Shown here: piece after piece, positions 30,886 to 41,749 of the stretch
Position numbering within the stretch: position 1 is the first letter of the stretch
How the letters are laid out: the number at the start of each line of letters is the position of its first letter
DNA from: an uncultured Verrucomicrobiae bacterium
GTDB taxonomy: Bacteria; Verrucomicrobiota; Verrucomicrobiia; Opitutales; JABDGR01
DNA: 64,000 nucleotides
Assembly: GCA_963765205.1 (NCBI GenBank)
Contig: CAVXVB010000009.1
Location: forward strand, 1,376,001-1,440,000
Reading direction: 5' to 3'
The notes under the pieces: generated by a model
Told to the model about the DNA's origin: nothing
The model's input: the letters and a program-made list of their open reading frames with translations, nothing else
Database searches by the model: none
Made by a program: the position numbers and the translations under genes

Positions 30886-33036
30886 ATGTCCCGCAAAAAA
30901 CTGCCGCCGCTGAAAAAAGTGGCCTATTTCAACCGCGAGCTGAGCTGGCTCGCCTTCAACCGCCGTGTGCTCGACCTGGCGCACCACGCGCAGGTGCCGC
31001 TGCTCGAGCGCCTGCGCTTTTTGGCCATCGTCAGCTCGAACCTCGACGAGTTTTTTGAAATCCGCGTCGCCGGCCTCGTGCAGCAGGTGGACTCCGGCGT
31101 GGTCGAGGTCGGCATTGACGGCCTGGGGCCCAAGGAGCAACTGCGCCGCATTCACCATGTCGCCCGCGGCCTGGTGGACGAGCAATATCGCTGCTGGCGC
31201 GAGGAACTGCTGCCCGCCCTGCGCGAAAACAAAATCATTTTCAAACATGACGACGACTGGAGCAAGGCCGAGCTGAACTGGCTCGAGGATTATTACCACG
31301 AGCACGTTTACCCCGTGCTCACGCCGATGGCGATTGACCGCTCCCACCCGTTTCCGCAACTGACCAACAAGGCGCTCTACGTCCTGCTCTCGCTCGACCA
31401 CCCGAACACCGCAAGCCAGGAAAAAATGATGGCCATCGTGCCGGTGCCGCGGATTTTGCCGCGGCTCGTCCGCGTTGGCGCCGGCCCGCGCGACGTGAGC
31501 ACCTACGTTTTTCTCAGTTCGATTATCCGGCATTTTGCGGCCGGACTGTTCCCCGGCTACAAGGTCAACGGCGCCTGGCCCTTTCGCGTCACGCGCAACA
31601 GCGACTTGTATATTGACGAGGAGGAGGCGGAAAACCTCATCACCAAAATCGAGGAACAGTTGCACCGCCTGCGCCGCGGCGCCGCCGTGCGCCTCGAAAT
31701 CCGCGAGGACGTGGACGAAACCCTCCTCGCGCAATTCCTCCAGGCCATCAACCTGCCCGAGGAATACGTCTTCCGCCACGACGGGCCGTTGAACCTGCTA
31801 CGCTTTTTCGAGGTGATTGACGACCTCGGCCAAAACCACCCCGGCCTCCTCTACCCGCCCTTCACCCCCTTCCGCCCCGCCGCGCTCGCCACCGAAAACC
31901 TCTTCGCCGAGATTGCGCGACACGATGTGCTGTTGCACCATCCCTACGAATCCTTTGACCCGGTGGTGGACTTCCTGCGCGAGGCCGGCCGCGACCCGCA
32001 GGTCGTCGCCATCAAGCAAACTCTCTACCGCACCAGCGGCGACTCGCCCATCATTGAGGCGCTGATCGAGGCCTCGCGCGCCGGCAAGCAAGTCACCGCC
32101 CTGGTCGAACTCAAGGCACGCTTCGACGAAATGAAAAACATCCAGTGGGCGCGGCAGCTCGAGGAGGAGGGCGTCCACGTCGTTTACGGCCTGGTCGGCC
32201 TGAAGACGCACTGCAAATGCTGCCTGGTGGTGCGCCGCGAGAAAAACACCCTGCGGCGCTACGCGCACCTCGGCACCGGCAATTACAATCCGAAAACCGC
32301 GAAAGTTTACACCGACTTCAGCCTCTTCACCGCAAACCCGAAGCTCACCGAGGAAGTGGCCGACGTGTTTAACGCGCTCACCGGCTTTGCACTCTCGCCG
32401 AAATTCAAGCGCCTCCTCGTCGCGCCTTTCAACCTCCACGCCGAAGTTCAAAAGAAAATTTTGCGCGAAGCCGCCAACGCGGCGGATGGGAAACGCGCCC
32501 GCATTCTCGCCAAAATCAACAGCATTGTGGACCAGGAGACGATGGACAATCTCTACCGCGCCGCGCAGGCCGGCGTCTCCATCCACCTCATTGTGCGCGG
32601 CATCTGCGGCCTGGTGCCCGGCCTCAAGGGCCTCTCGGAAAACATCCGCGTCACCAGCATCGTCGGGCAATTCCTCGAACACAGCCGGATTTACTATTTC
32701 GAAAACGCCGGCGGCGAGCAACCCGAGCTTTACCTCGGCAGCGCCGATTGGATGCCGCGCAATTTCTTCCGCCGCATTGAGGTCGCCTTTCCCGTTTTGG
32801 ACCCGCTCCTGCGCCGGCGGATTATTGACGACGTGCTGCCCACCTGCCTGCGCGACAACGCCTTTGCCACCGAATTGCACGCCAACGGCGCCTATATCTC
32901 CGCACCGCGTTCCGGCGACGATCCGCCCTTCTCCGCCCAACAATATTTCCTCCAGCAAGCCGCTGCCCGCGCCGCCGATGAGGCCGAGTCCGCCCAAAAG
33001 GAACGCGAGAAACCCAAGCTGCGCCCCCAACCGTAG
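30886..33036 (+). CDS. ppk1: Polyphosphate kinase 1
   Basis: YFNRELSWLAFNRRVL, NLDEFFEIRVAGL, HHPYESF, ELKARFDE, LKTHCK, GTGNYN, LEHSRI, SADWMPRN. Confidence 0.97.
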   Translation: MSRKKLPPLKKVAYFNRELSWLAFNRRVLDLAHHAQVPLLERLRFLAIVSSNLDEFFEIRVAGLVQQVDSGVVEVGIDGLGPKEQLRRIHHVARGLVDEQYRCWREELLPALRENKIIFKHDDDWSKAELNWLEDYYHEHVYPVLTPMAIDRSHPFPQLTNKALYVLLSLDHPNTASQEKMMAIVPVPRILPRLVRVGAGPRDVSTYVFLSSIIRHFAAGLFPGYKVNGAWPFRVTRNSDLYIDEEEAENLITKIEEQLHRLRRGAAVRLEIREDVDETLLAQFLQAINLPEEYVFRHDGPLNLLRFFEVIDDLGQNHPGLLYPPFTPFRPAALATENLFAEIARHDVLLHHPYESFDPVVDFLREAGRDPQVVAIKQTLYRTSGDSPIIEALIEASRAGKQVTALVELKARFDEMKNIQWARQLEEEGVHVVYGLVGLKTHCKCCLVVRREKNTLRRYAHLGTGNYNPKTAKVYTDFSLFTANPKLTEEVADVFNALTGFALSPKFKRLLVAPFNLHAEVQKKILREAANAADGKRARILAKINSIVDQETMDNLYRAAQAGVSIHLIVRGICGLVPGLKGLSENIRVTSIVGQFLEHSRIYYFENAGGEQPELYLGSADWMPRNFFRRIEVAFPVLDPLLRRRIIDDVLPTCLRDNAFATELHANGAYISAPRSGDDPPFSAQQYFLQQAAARAADEAESAQKEREKPKLRPQP

Positions 33037-33125
33037 CTTTTACTCAGGATGCGTATCGGGCTTGGGGTTCATGGGTGAGGTAACCGCAGCGTGACCACCA
33101 ACCCACGCCGGTGAAAACCTGATTT

Positions 33126-33527
33126 TTACCGCGTCTGCAACCGCACCTTGTCCAGCTTGAGCTTGCGGCTTTGATCCATCACGAAGGTCACATCCTTCAG
33201 CGGCGTGTCCTGATCAGCGTAAATCAGCACGTTGACATCCGCGCCTTGCTTGGCGGCGGCGGCCTGCAGCGCCGCAGTCAACTGCTCCGGGGTGACGGCG
33301 GCCTCGTTGATGGAATACTTGCCCGCCTTGTCAATGGCGACCACCACGCGTTGCGTGGCGTCGGATTGCCCGGCGGTGTCCATCTTCGGCGGCGTAATGT
33401 CGAGCGACTGCGTGTCCGAGAAACGCATCACCATCAGGAAGAAAAAAATCAGCACGACCAGCACGTCCACCAACGGCACGATATTGACCACGGGGGGCGG
33501 GCGGCGGCGGCGCACGTAGAGGGGCAC
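33126..33527 (-). CDS. exbD: ExbD/TolR family protein
   Basis: NIVPLVDVLVVLIFFFL, IYAD....VTFVMD. Confidence 0.88.
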   Translation of the reverse strand: MPLYVRRRRPPPVVNIVPLVDVLVVLIFFFLMVMRFSDTQSLDITPPKMDTAGQSDATQRVVVAIDKAGKYSINEAAVTPEQLTAALQAAAAKQGADVNVLIYADQDTPLKDVTFVMDQSRKLKLDKVRLQTR

Positions 33528-33545
33528 AGGAAAGTTCCTCCGAGG

Positions 33546-34115
33546 TTAGCGGCGCTTGGCGAGGTCAATGAGCCGCTCGACCCCCATGTCCAGGCGCGAA
33601 GCGAGCAGATCAATGCGGCGGTGCAGGTAGCTGTTGCCGACAATGGCGGGGATGGCGATGCACAGCCCGACCATCGTCGTCGAGAGCGCGAGCGAAATGC
33701 CTTTGATGAACGCCGCCTTGTCCGGCAGCCCGCCCCCGCCCACTTGCGCGGAAAAAACCTGTGCCAGCCCGGTGATCGTGCCAAGCAGCCCCAGCAAGGG
33801 CGCGCCGGCGATCACGATTTCGAGGATGAACATCCCGCGTTCGAGCCGCGCGATTTCCAGCCGCGCAAACGCCTTCAGCGCCTCGGGGTCGGGATTCGTT
33901 TTGCGGAAAAAATACACGATGCGCCCGGCCACCGATTTCAAATCGCCCTGATAGTTGATGATCTCGCCGGAAATGAACGCATCGGCCATGTCCTTGGGCA
34001 AAATGCGCGCCGTCTGCAGCGCCAGCAGCCGCTCGATGACGACATACGCCGCGAGGACCGAGAAAAGTCCTAACGGATAAACAAAAATTCCAGCCCCGGT
34101 GAAGATGTCTTGCAT
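33546..34115 (-). CDS. exbB: MotA/TolQ/ExbB proton channel protein
   Basis: APLLGLLGTITGL, GISLALSTTMVGLCIAIPA. Confidence 0.88.
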   Translation of the reverse strand: MQDIFTGAGIFVYPLGLFSVLAAYVVIERLLALQTARILPKDMADAFISGEIINYQGDLKSVAGRIVYFFRKTNPDPEALKAFARLEIARLERGMFILEIVIAGAPLLGLLGTITGLAQVFSAQVGGGGLPDKAAFIKGISLALSTTMVGLCIAIPAIVGNSYLHRRIDLLASRLDMGVERLIDLAKRR

Positions 34116-34257
34116 GGACGCCCGCCAATGGCGGAACAAGCAGAGCAAAACAAAACCACCGTTTGGTCAAGAATGAAGCGCGGGAAAATCTTTGCGCTCT
34201 TAGCGCCTTCGCGGTGAATTTTCTGGCCTTTCCACGCCGGCGCGCCAACTTAAACCC

Positions 34258-37200
34258 ATGGCCGGTTCCGACTCCACTTTCGTCCACCTCCACGTCCACA
34301 CCGACTTCAGCCTCCTCGATGGCTGCAGCCGCATCGACGTGCTCTGCGCGCGCGCCAAAGAGCTGGGCCAGCCCGCCCTGGCCATCACCGACCACGGCAA
34401 CCTCTTCGGCGTGGTGGACTTCATGCTCGAGGCCAAAAAGCACGGCCTCAAGCCCATCATCGGCTGCGAGGCCTACCTCGTCACCGACCACGCCCGCACG
34501 GAAAAGCCCGAGCGCGCCAAGCACCAGGTTTACCACCTCGGCCTCATTGCCCGCGATTTCGCCGGCTACCAAAACCTCACGAAACTCATCAGTGACGCCC
34601 ATACCCAGGGCTTCCATTACCGCCCGCGCACCGACCTCGACATGCTCGCCCGCCACGCGAAGGGCCTCATCGGCTTCAGCGGCTGCCTCGCCTCGTGGAT
34701 TCCCAAAATGCTCCTGCAAGACCGCGACGAGGACGCCCGCGCCGCCTGCGGCAAGCTCGTGGACATTTTCGGACGCGACTACTTCTTCATCGAATTGCAA
34801 GACCACGGCATCCCCGAGCAGCGCAAAATCCTGCCCGGCCTGCTGCGCCTCGCCAAGGAATTCAACCTCCCCACCATCGCCACCAACGACGTGCATTACG
34901 TCAACGCCGGCGACTGGGCGCCGCACGACGCCCTCCTCTGCATCCAGACCGGCGCGAAAATTTCCGACACCGACCGCATGCGCTTCGACACGCACGAGTT
35001 CTATTTGAAGTCGCGCGCGGAAATGGACCGCCTCTTCGCCGAAGTCCCCGCCAGCGTCCTCCAGCCCATGCTCATCGCCGAGATGTGCGACGTGCAACTA
35101 CCCTTCGGCAAGAATAACTACCCGGTCTTCCAGTTGCCGGTGGAATTAAAACCGCGCTTTGCGAAAAACACCGACTACCTGCGCGACTTGTGCCTCGCCG
35201 GGCTAATGAAGCGCTATGGCGTGGATTTCGAACAGCCCGACGCGCCCCTGCCCGGCCGCCCGCCGGGGTTTGGCCGCGAGCTGATTGAACGCGTCCATTT
35301 TGAAATCAGCGTCATCGAAAAAGCCGGCTTCGTGGATTATTTCATGATCGTGTGGGACTTCATTGACTGGGCGCGGCGGCAAAACATCCCCGTCGGCCCC
35401 GGCCGCGGCTCGGGCGCCGGCTGCCTCGTCGCCTACCTGCTGAAAATCACCGACATTGACCCGCTGCGCTTCGGCCTGCTCTTCGAGCGCTTCCTCAACC
35501 CCGAACGCGTCTCCCCGCCGGACTTCGACATAGACTTCTGCATGAGACGCCGCGGCGAGGTCATCGAATACGTGCGCCAAAAATACGGCCAGGACTGCGT
35601 GGCCAACATCATCACCTTCGGCACCTTCGGCGCGAAAATGATCGTGCGCGACCTCGCCCGCGTCAACAGCATCGAATACGCCGAGGCCGACCGCATCGCC
35701 AAAATGGTGCCGGACGACTTGAACATCACGCTCGACGAGGCCCTCGCCAAGTCCGCCGAGCTGGCGCAGGAAGTGGCGAAAAACCCCGTCGCGAAGCGCA
35801 TCATCGAGCACGGCAAAGTCATCGAAGGCATGGCCCGCAACTCCGGCACCCACGCCGCCGGCATCATCATCGCCGACCGCCCGCTCACCGAATTGATCCC
35901 CGTCACGCTCCAGGAAGGCGTCCTCACCACGCAGTATCCCAAAGGCCCCGTCGAAAAACTCGGCCTGCTCAAGATGGACTTTCTCGGGCTGAAGACCCTC
36001 ACCGTCATCGCCGACGCGCAGGATAACGTCCGCCGCGCCCGCGGCATGCCGGCCTTCGACATCGAGCAAGTCCCGCTCGACGACGCCAAAACTTTCCAAT
36101 TGCTCAACGAAGCGCGCACCATCGGCGTCTTCCAACTCGAATCCGGCGGGATGCAAAACCTCTGCCGCCAGTTTTCCATCGCGAACATTGACGAAATCAT
36201 TGCCATCAACGCCCTCTACCGGCCTGGCCCGATGGAGTTCATCCCCGCCTACATCGCCGGCAAGAAAAATCCCGCCGCGATCAAATACCCGCATCCGCTG
36301 CTCGAGCCAATTTGCCGCGAAACTTACGGCGTCCTCGTTTACCAGGAGCAGGTCATGGAGGCCGCGCGGCGCATCGGCGGCTACTCGCTCGGCGGCGCGG
36401 ACACCCTCCGCCGCGCCATGGGCAAAAAGGACAAAGTCGAAATGGCAAAGCAAAAGGCCGTCTTCATCGCCGGCGCGGCGAAGACGAACCAACTTACCCA
36501 AAAGGCCGCCGAGGAGCTTTTTGCCATGCTCGAAAAATTCGCGGAATACGGCTTCAACAAATCCCACTCCGCCGCCTACGCCATCCTCAGCTACCGCACC
36601 GCCTACCTCAAGGCCAACTACCCGGTCGAGTTCCTGGCCGCGCTCCTCTCGAACGAACTTGGCGACGCGGACAAGGTCGCGCACTTCGTCGCCGAATGCG
36701 CCAACCTCGGCATCGCCGTGCTCGGCCCGGACGTGAATCAATCGCGTGAAAATTTCACTCCCCTCCCCGACCTCTCGCCGAACGCCAACCCTGCCTCGCC
36801 CGGCTCGATCCGCTTCGGCCTCGGCGCGATCAAAGGCGTCGGCAACGTCGCCGCGAAAAAAATCCTTGATGAACGCGATGCCAATGGTCCCTTCGCCGAT
36901 TTCGCCGATTTCATCCGCCGGGTGGACGGCCGCGCCGTCAACAAGCGCACGTTGGAATGTCTCATCCGCACGGGCGCCTTCGATTATACGAAGGCCGATC
37001 GGCAACACCTCTTCAATTCGCTCGACGGCTTCATGGCCGACGCCGCCTCGCACCAAAAAGACCGCGCCGCCGGCCAGGGTTCGCTCTTCGACACGCCCGC
37101 GACCTCCGCCAACGGCCACACCGGCGGCTCGCACACCGTGCGCCTCGACACCCAGGGACCGGTCATGACTCTCGCTGACCGCCTCAAGTTCGAGCGCGAA

Positions 37201-37860
37201 CTCCTCGGCTTCTACACCTCCGGCCACCCCCTCAACGCCCTCGCCGGCCTCGACGATTTCCTCGACACCGTTTCCGAAACCACCCTCCCCACCACGCCCG
37301 ACCGCACGCCCTTCCGCCTCTGCGGCGTCGCCACCAGCGTCGTCAAACGCATCTCGAAACGCGACAACCGGCCCTGGGCCTCGTTCACGCTCGCCACCCG
37401 CCGCGGCAATTTCCCCGTCAACATTTTCTCCGAAGCCTACGAAAAGCACCAAACCCTCCTCGTGGACGGCGCGGTGCTCCTCGTCCAAGGCGACGTGCGC
37501 CGCGACGATTTTCGCAACGAAAACCGCCTCACCGCGCAGGAAATCTCCGCCATCGAGGAACGCGTGCCCGGCCTGCTGCGCAGCGTGCAATGGGTGCTCG
37601 CGCCCGAGCCGCGCGCCGAGGATTTCCTGCGCCTGCTCGCCGCGAAAATCCGCGAGCAACCCGGCGGCACCACCCCCCTCGTCGCCTTTCAGCAGGACGA
37701 CGGCCGCGCCCTCGAATTCGAACTCCCCCCCTCCTCGAAACTCCGCCTCGACCTCCCCGCCTACCGCGCCCTCCGCCAGCACCCCGCCGTCGCCAGCGTC
37801 CTCGTCGAAATCCCCCCGCCCACCGCCCCCGAACCCCGCTGGCCCCGCAATGGACGGTAA
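34258..37860 (+). CDS. dnaE: DNA polymerase III alpha subunit
   Basis: [53 protein letters not shown]. Confidence 0.98.
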   Translation: MAGSDSTFVHLHVHTDFSLLDGCSRIDVLCARAKELGQPALAITDHGNLFGVVDFMLEAKKHGLKPIIGCEAYLVTDHARTEKPERAKHQVYHLGLIARDFAGYQNLTKLISDAHTQGFHYRPRTDLDMLARHAKGLIGFSGCLASWIPKMLLQDRDEDARAACGKLVDIFGRDYFFIELQDHGIPEQRKILPGLLRLAKEFNLPTIATNDVHYVNAGDWAPHDALLCIQTGAKISDTDRMRFDTHEFYLKSRAEMDRLFAEVPASVLQPMLIAEMCDVQLPFGKNNYPVFQLPVELKPRFAKNTDYLRDLCLAGLMKRYGVDFEQPDAPLPGRPPGFGRELIERVHFEISVIEKAGFVDYFMIVWDFIDWARRQNIPVGPGRGSGAGCLVAYLLKITDIDPLRFGLLFERFLNPERVSPPDFDIDFCMRRRGEVIEYVRQKYGQDCVANIITFGTFGAKMIVRDLARVNSIEYAEADRIAKMVPDDLNITLDEALAKSAELAQEVAKNPVAKRIIEHGKVIEGMARNSGTHAAGIIIADRPLTELIPVTLQEGVLTTQYPKGPVEKLGLLKMDFLGLKTLTVIADAQDNVRRARGMPAFDIEQVPLDDAKTFQLLNEARTIGVFQLESGGMQNLCRQFSIANIDEIIAINALYRPGPMEFIPAYIAGKKNPAAIKYPHPLLEPICRETYGVLVYQEQVMEAARRIGGYSLGGADTLRRAMGKKDKVEMAKQKAVFIAGAAKTNQLTQKAAEELFAMLEKFAEYGFNKSHSAAYAILSYRTAYLKANYPVEFLAALLSNELGDADKVAHFVAECANLGIAVLGPDVNQSRENFTPLPDLSPNANPASPGSIRFGLGAIKGVGNVAAKKILDERDANGPFADFADFIRRVDGRAVNKRTLECLIRTGAFDYTKADRQHLFNSLDGFMADAASHQKDRAAGQGSLFDTPATSANGHTGGSHTVRLDTQGPVMTLADRLKFERELLGFYTSGHPLNALAGLDDFLDTVSETTLPTTPDRTPFRLCGVATSVVKRISKRDNRPWASFTLATRRGNFPVNIFSEAYEKHQTLLVDGAVLLVQGDVRRDDFRNENRLTAQEISAIEERVPGLLRSVQWVLAPEPRAEDFLRLLAAKIREQPGGTTPLVAFQQDDGRALEFELPPSSKLRLDLPAYRALRQHPAVASVLVEIPPPTAPEPRWPRNGR

Positions 37861-37906
37861 CGATTTGGCTTTTCATTCAAACGAATCTGGATTAGGGCCT
37901 TTAAGT

Positions 37907-38296
37907 ATGAAATCGGAGTCAAATGGGTTGGAAAGAAATCTCAGACTCGACAAGGGTTTCTGGCTAACGTTTGTCCTGGTGGGATTGCCGACTTTGATTT
38001 CAATCTGGTATTTATCTCCACACGATCCATTGATTTCATTTATTTCGGCGTGCCTACTTTTTCCGTTTTTAGCATCGGTGATTGTCTATGTCTTTGGGCA
38101 AGCAATCTATTTGACGTTCTTCAAAAGGGAAGTTGATCCAATTCAAATTCGAGCATTTGCCATAACTGTAATTTTTATCGTTATGTCGTGCGGGATCATC
38201 GCATTTTTATTGCCTCCATCACTCAGGCCTGTCACCGTTCCCATAGTGACTGCCTTTTCAATTTACCGCTTCTACGCCAAAACAAAGTTTAAATGA
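37907..38296 (+). CDS. Hypothetical AT-rich membrane protein (about 4 TM)
   Basis: Hydrophobic ~129-aa ORF with atypical composition. Confidence 0.55.
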   Translation: MKSESNGLERNLRLDKGFWLTFVLVGLPTLISIWYLSPHDPLISFISACLLFPFLASVIVYVFGQAIYLTFFKREVDPIQIRAFAITVIFIVMSCGIIAFLLPPSLRPVTVPIVTAFSIYRFYAKTKFK

Positions 38297-38620
38297 CTTC
38301 GATAATTCTGCTTCAGTTGTATATTAACCCGCCTGCAACACCTCAATATCAAACGGCACATACCGTTCGACGCCATCCAGTTTCACCTAGCCCCTTAACC
38401 CCCTCCTCCCGACCCCGGCAACCCCCAAAAAAGCAAATTCCTGCGATGAGGGCGGAAACGTCAAGTGCTATTTCTGGCGCACCACCACATGGTGCGCTCC
38501 ATGAACGTCGAGGTTCAGATTGATGCGCTTGGCACGCTTCCGGCTGGACTCCAACGGCACTGATTCGTTTACTGAATCAGTCGGTTGTGTAATCATACAG
38601 GCCGTCAACGCGCGGGTCTA

Positions 38621-39645
38621 GAGCATTTTCGATTTAAATAGACGTATTGCTGAAAGCGGTGTATAATGGTGGAAAAGGAGGCCACCACCATGAAACCACT
38701 CTCGGAAGATTTGCGCCAGCGCATCGTGCGGGCGCGCGAAGCCGGGGAAGGCACGGGCGAGGTCTGCCGCCGTTTTGGGGTCAGCCGCAGCAGCGCCGAA
38801 CGCTTCTGGAACCAATACCGCCGCCGGGGCCACTGCCGGCCGAAACAAATCGGCGGCTGCCGCCGCTCCCGGCTGGCGGAGCATGAGCGCAAGGTGCGGG
38901 CGTGGATCGCGGCGCAGCCCGACCTGACGCTGGCGCAACTGCAAACGCGCTGCCGCGAGCAACTCGGCGTGCGGCTGGGCCTCAACGCGCTGTGGCACCG
39001 GCTGGAGCGGCTGGGCTTGAGCTATAAAAAAAACGACGCGCGCCGCCGAGCAAGATCGACCCGACGTTAAAGCGGCCCGGCACCAGTGGCGCCAGGATCA
39101 GCCCAGCTGGGACAGCCGACGGTTGGTCTTCATCGACGAGACCGGCTTGAACACCAAGATGGCGCGGCTGTATGGGCGGGCCCCGCGCAGCCAGCGTTGC
39201 CTCGGGCGCGTGCCCCACGGGCACTGGCACACTTCCACCTTTATCGCCGCGTTGCGCGTGGACGCCGTGACTGCGCCTTTTCTGATCGAAGGCGCAGTGG
39301 ACACCGACGTGTTCACCGCCTACCTCCAACAAGTGCTCGGCCCGGAATTGCGGGAGGGCGACACCGTGATCCTCGACAACCTCGCCACCCACAAAACGGC
39401 CAGCGTCGCCGCGGTGCTGGCCGCCCGCGGCGCCCGCGTGCGCTATCTGCCGCCGTATAGCCCCGATCTCAACCCCATCGAACAGGCCTTCGCCAAACTC
39501 AAAGCCCATCTTCGGCAAGCCGCCGCACGAACCCTCACGGACCTCCAAACCGCTTTGGTTCCAGCCCTCGCCTCCTTCACCTCCACCCATTGCCAAGGCT
39601 TCTTTGGTCATGCCCAATATGCGTCTATCTAAATCGAAAATGCTC
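38621..39645 (+). mobile_element. IS630 family insertion sequence, copy 1 (1025 bp; orfA 38690-39070 plus DDE orfB ending 39632)
   Basis: 24-bp IR GAGCATTTTCGATTTA(A/G)ATAGACG flanked by TA; VFIDETG, ILDNLATHK, LPPYSPDLNPIEQAFAKLK; A8 run at the ORF junction. Confidence 0.96.
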
Positions 39646-39667
39646 TAGTGTCTGCCGTTGGCCGCCC

Positions 39668-41749
39668 ATGTCATCTATCAGTATCAGTCAGACCACAATG
39701 TCCGAAACCCTCATTGCCGCAACCAATTGGCTCCTCAAAAATCAAAAGCCGGAGGGCTATTGGGCGGGCATGGTCGAATCCAATTCCTGCATCGAGGCGC
39801 AATGGCTCATTTGCGCGCATATTCTGGGCTATGATCTCCCGATTAAGGCTGGGATTATGCGCGGGCTTTACAGCCGCCAACGCGCCGACGGTTCTTGGGA
39901 CACCTATCCCCATGCGCCCGCCGGCGACATCAACTCGACCGTCGAGGTCTATGCGGCGATGCACGCGATGGGCGAACCGGCCGACCGCCCCGAACTGGCG
40001 CGCGCGCGCGCATGGATTCGCGAACACGGCGGCCTTGCCGATGTCCGCGTCTTTACCCGCTATTGGCTAGCCCTGATCGGCATCTGGCCTTGGCGCAACA
40101 CGCCGAACTTGCCGCCCGAAATTATCCGCTTTCCCCTGTGGTTTCCGTTTTCGATCTATCATTTCGCGCAATGGGCCCGCGCGACCATGGTTCCGCTGGC
40201 GGTTTTATGCGCACGCCGGCCGGTCTTTCCGCTGCCCGATGATGCGGGGCGGCTGGAAGAATTGTTTCCTGAGGGAATCGACCAATTCGATTTCTCCATT
40301 CCTGTTAAAAAAGCCCGACGCTGGTCGCTCGAAGCCATTTTTGAGCGCGTCGACGGCTTCCTGCATCGCGCTCAAACGCACCGCCTCATTCCGTTTCGCG
40401 AACATGCGATCAAGCTTTGCCTCGAATGGATGATCCGCCACCAGGACGCCGACGGTTCCTGGGGCGGCATTCAGCCGCCGTGGATTTACGGGTTGATGGC
40501 GTTGCATGGCGAAGGCTACAGCCTCGACCACCCCGTCATGAGGCGCGGCCTCAAAGCGCTTGAGGAACATTGGAGCTACGAGCGCAACGGCGGCCTCCAT
40601 ATCCAGGCGAGCGAGTCGCCAGTGTGGGACACGCTGTTTTGCCTGCTCGCGCTCACCGAAGCGGGTCATCGGCCCGCCGACCTGCCCGCGATGCGCCATG
40701 CGCTCCTCTATATCCTTGACCATCAAATTCTGGTTGCCGGGGACTGGTCGGTGACGGTGAAGGACGCTGCGCCTGGCGGCTGGGCGTTCGAGCGCTCCAA
40801 CCTCATGTATCCCGATGTTGACGACACCGCGCTCGCTTTGCTCGTTCTGGTGAAGCTGCGCGCGGATAGCGGCGATCTGGGTGCCCGCGTCGATTTTGCA
40901 ATCGGGCGCGCGCGCGCCTGGATTTTGGCGATGCAATGCGGCAATGGCGGTTGGGCCGCCTTTGATCGCGATAATGATAAAGCCATCATTTCAAAAATCC
41001 CGTTCTGCAATTTTGGCGAAGCGCTCGACCCGCCCAGCGTCGATGTGACCGCCCATGTGCTCGAAGCCTTGGGCGCGTCGGGCCTGCGCCTCGATCATCC
41101 CGCTGTCGCGAAGGCGCTTGCCTTCGTCCGCGCCGAGCAGGAAAGCGAAGGCTCATGGTTCGGCCGTTGGGGCGTCAACCATATCTATGGCGTCGGCGCG
41201 GTTTTGCCTGCTTTGGCGGCGATCGGCGAAGATCTGGGTGCCGCCTATGTGCAAAGCGCGGTTCGCTGGCTCGTCGGCAAGCAGAATGCGGATGGCGGCT
41301 GGGGCGAAAGCTGCGAATCCTATATAGATGCCGCGATGATTGGGCGCGGGCCCAGCACCCCCTCGCAAACCGCCTGGGCATTATTGGCGCTGATGGCGGC
41401 GGCTGGACCGCGCGAGGCGATCGAGCGCGGTTTTGCTCATCTTGCCGCGACCCAGCGCCCGGATGGAACTTGGGATGAAGATTATTACACCGCCACCGGC
41501 TTCCCCGGTTATGGGGTTGGCGCGCACATCGACCTCGCCGACCCGCATTTGCGCGACAAGCTCGGCCAAGGCCCCGAACTGTCGCGCGGCTTCATGGTCT
41601 CCTTCAACCTTTACCGACACTATTTTCCAATGATCGCGCTTGCGCGCCGTCAGGCCTCCGCTGCGCCTCGACGCCACTCCCCCCTTCCTCAAGGGGAAGC
41701 CAAAACGGATCAGGCTTTTCCTGCTATCAGTTCAGTTTCAAATCCCTAA
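39668..41749 (+). CDS. shc: Squalene-hopene cyclase (start 39668 or 39698)
   Basis: YPDVDDTA (DxDD), seven QW repeats (QxxxGxW), SPVWDT, GRWGVNHIYG, TPSQTAWAL, TGFPG. Confidence 0.95.
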   Translation: MSSISISQTTMSETLIAATNWLLKNQKPEGYWAGMVESNSCIEAQWLICAHILGYDLPIKAGIMRGLYSRQRADGSWDTYPHAPAGDINSTVEVYAAMHAMGEPADRPELARARAWIREHGGLADVRVFTRYWLALIGIWPWRNTPNLPPEIIRFPLWFPFSIYHFAQWARATMVPLAVLCARRPVFPLPDDAGRLEELFPEGIDQFDFSIPVKKARRWSLEAIFERVDGFLHRAQTHRLIPFREHAIKLCLEWMIRHQDADGSWGGIQPPWIYGLMALHGEGYSLDHPVMRRGLKALEEHWSYERNGGLHIQASESPVWDTLFCLLALTEAGHRPADLPAMRHALLYILDHQILVAGDWSVTVKDAAPGGWAFERSNLMYPDVDDTALALLVLVKLRADSGDLGARVDFAIGRARAWILAMQCGNGGWAAFDRDNDKAIISKIPFCNFGEALDPPSVDVTAHVLEALGASGLRLDHPAVAKALAFVRAEQESEGSWFGRWGVNHIYGVGAVLPALAAIGEDLGAAYVQSAVRWLVGKQNADGGWGESCESYIDAAMIGRGPSTPSQTAWALLALMAAAGPREAIERGFAHLAATQRPDGTWDEDYYTATGFPGYGVGAHIDLADPHLRDKLGQGPELSRGFMVSFNLYRHYFPMIALARRQASAAPRRHSPLPQGEAKTDQAFPAISSVSNP

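Noticed and set aside
35203..37782. 859-aa minus-strand ORF and similar long antisense ORFs (43275-44795, 45818-47359, 33610-35097)
   Set aside because: Shadow frames of GC-rich genes (dnaE, clpX, tig) with no recognisable motifs
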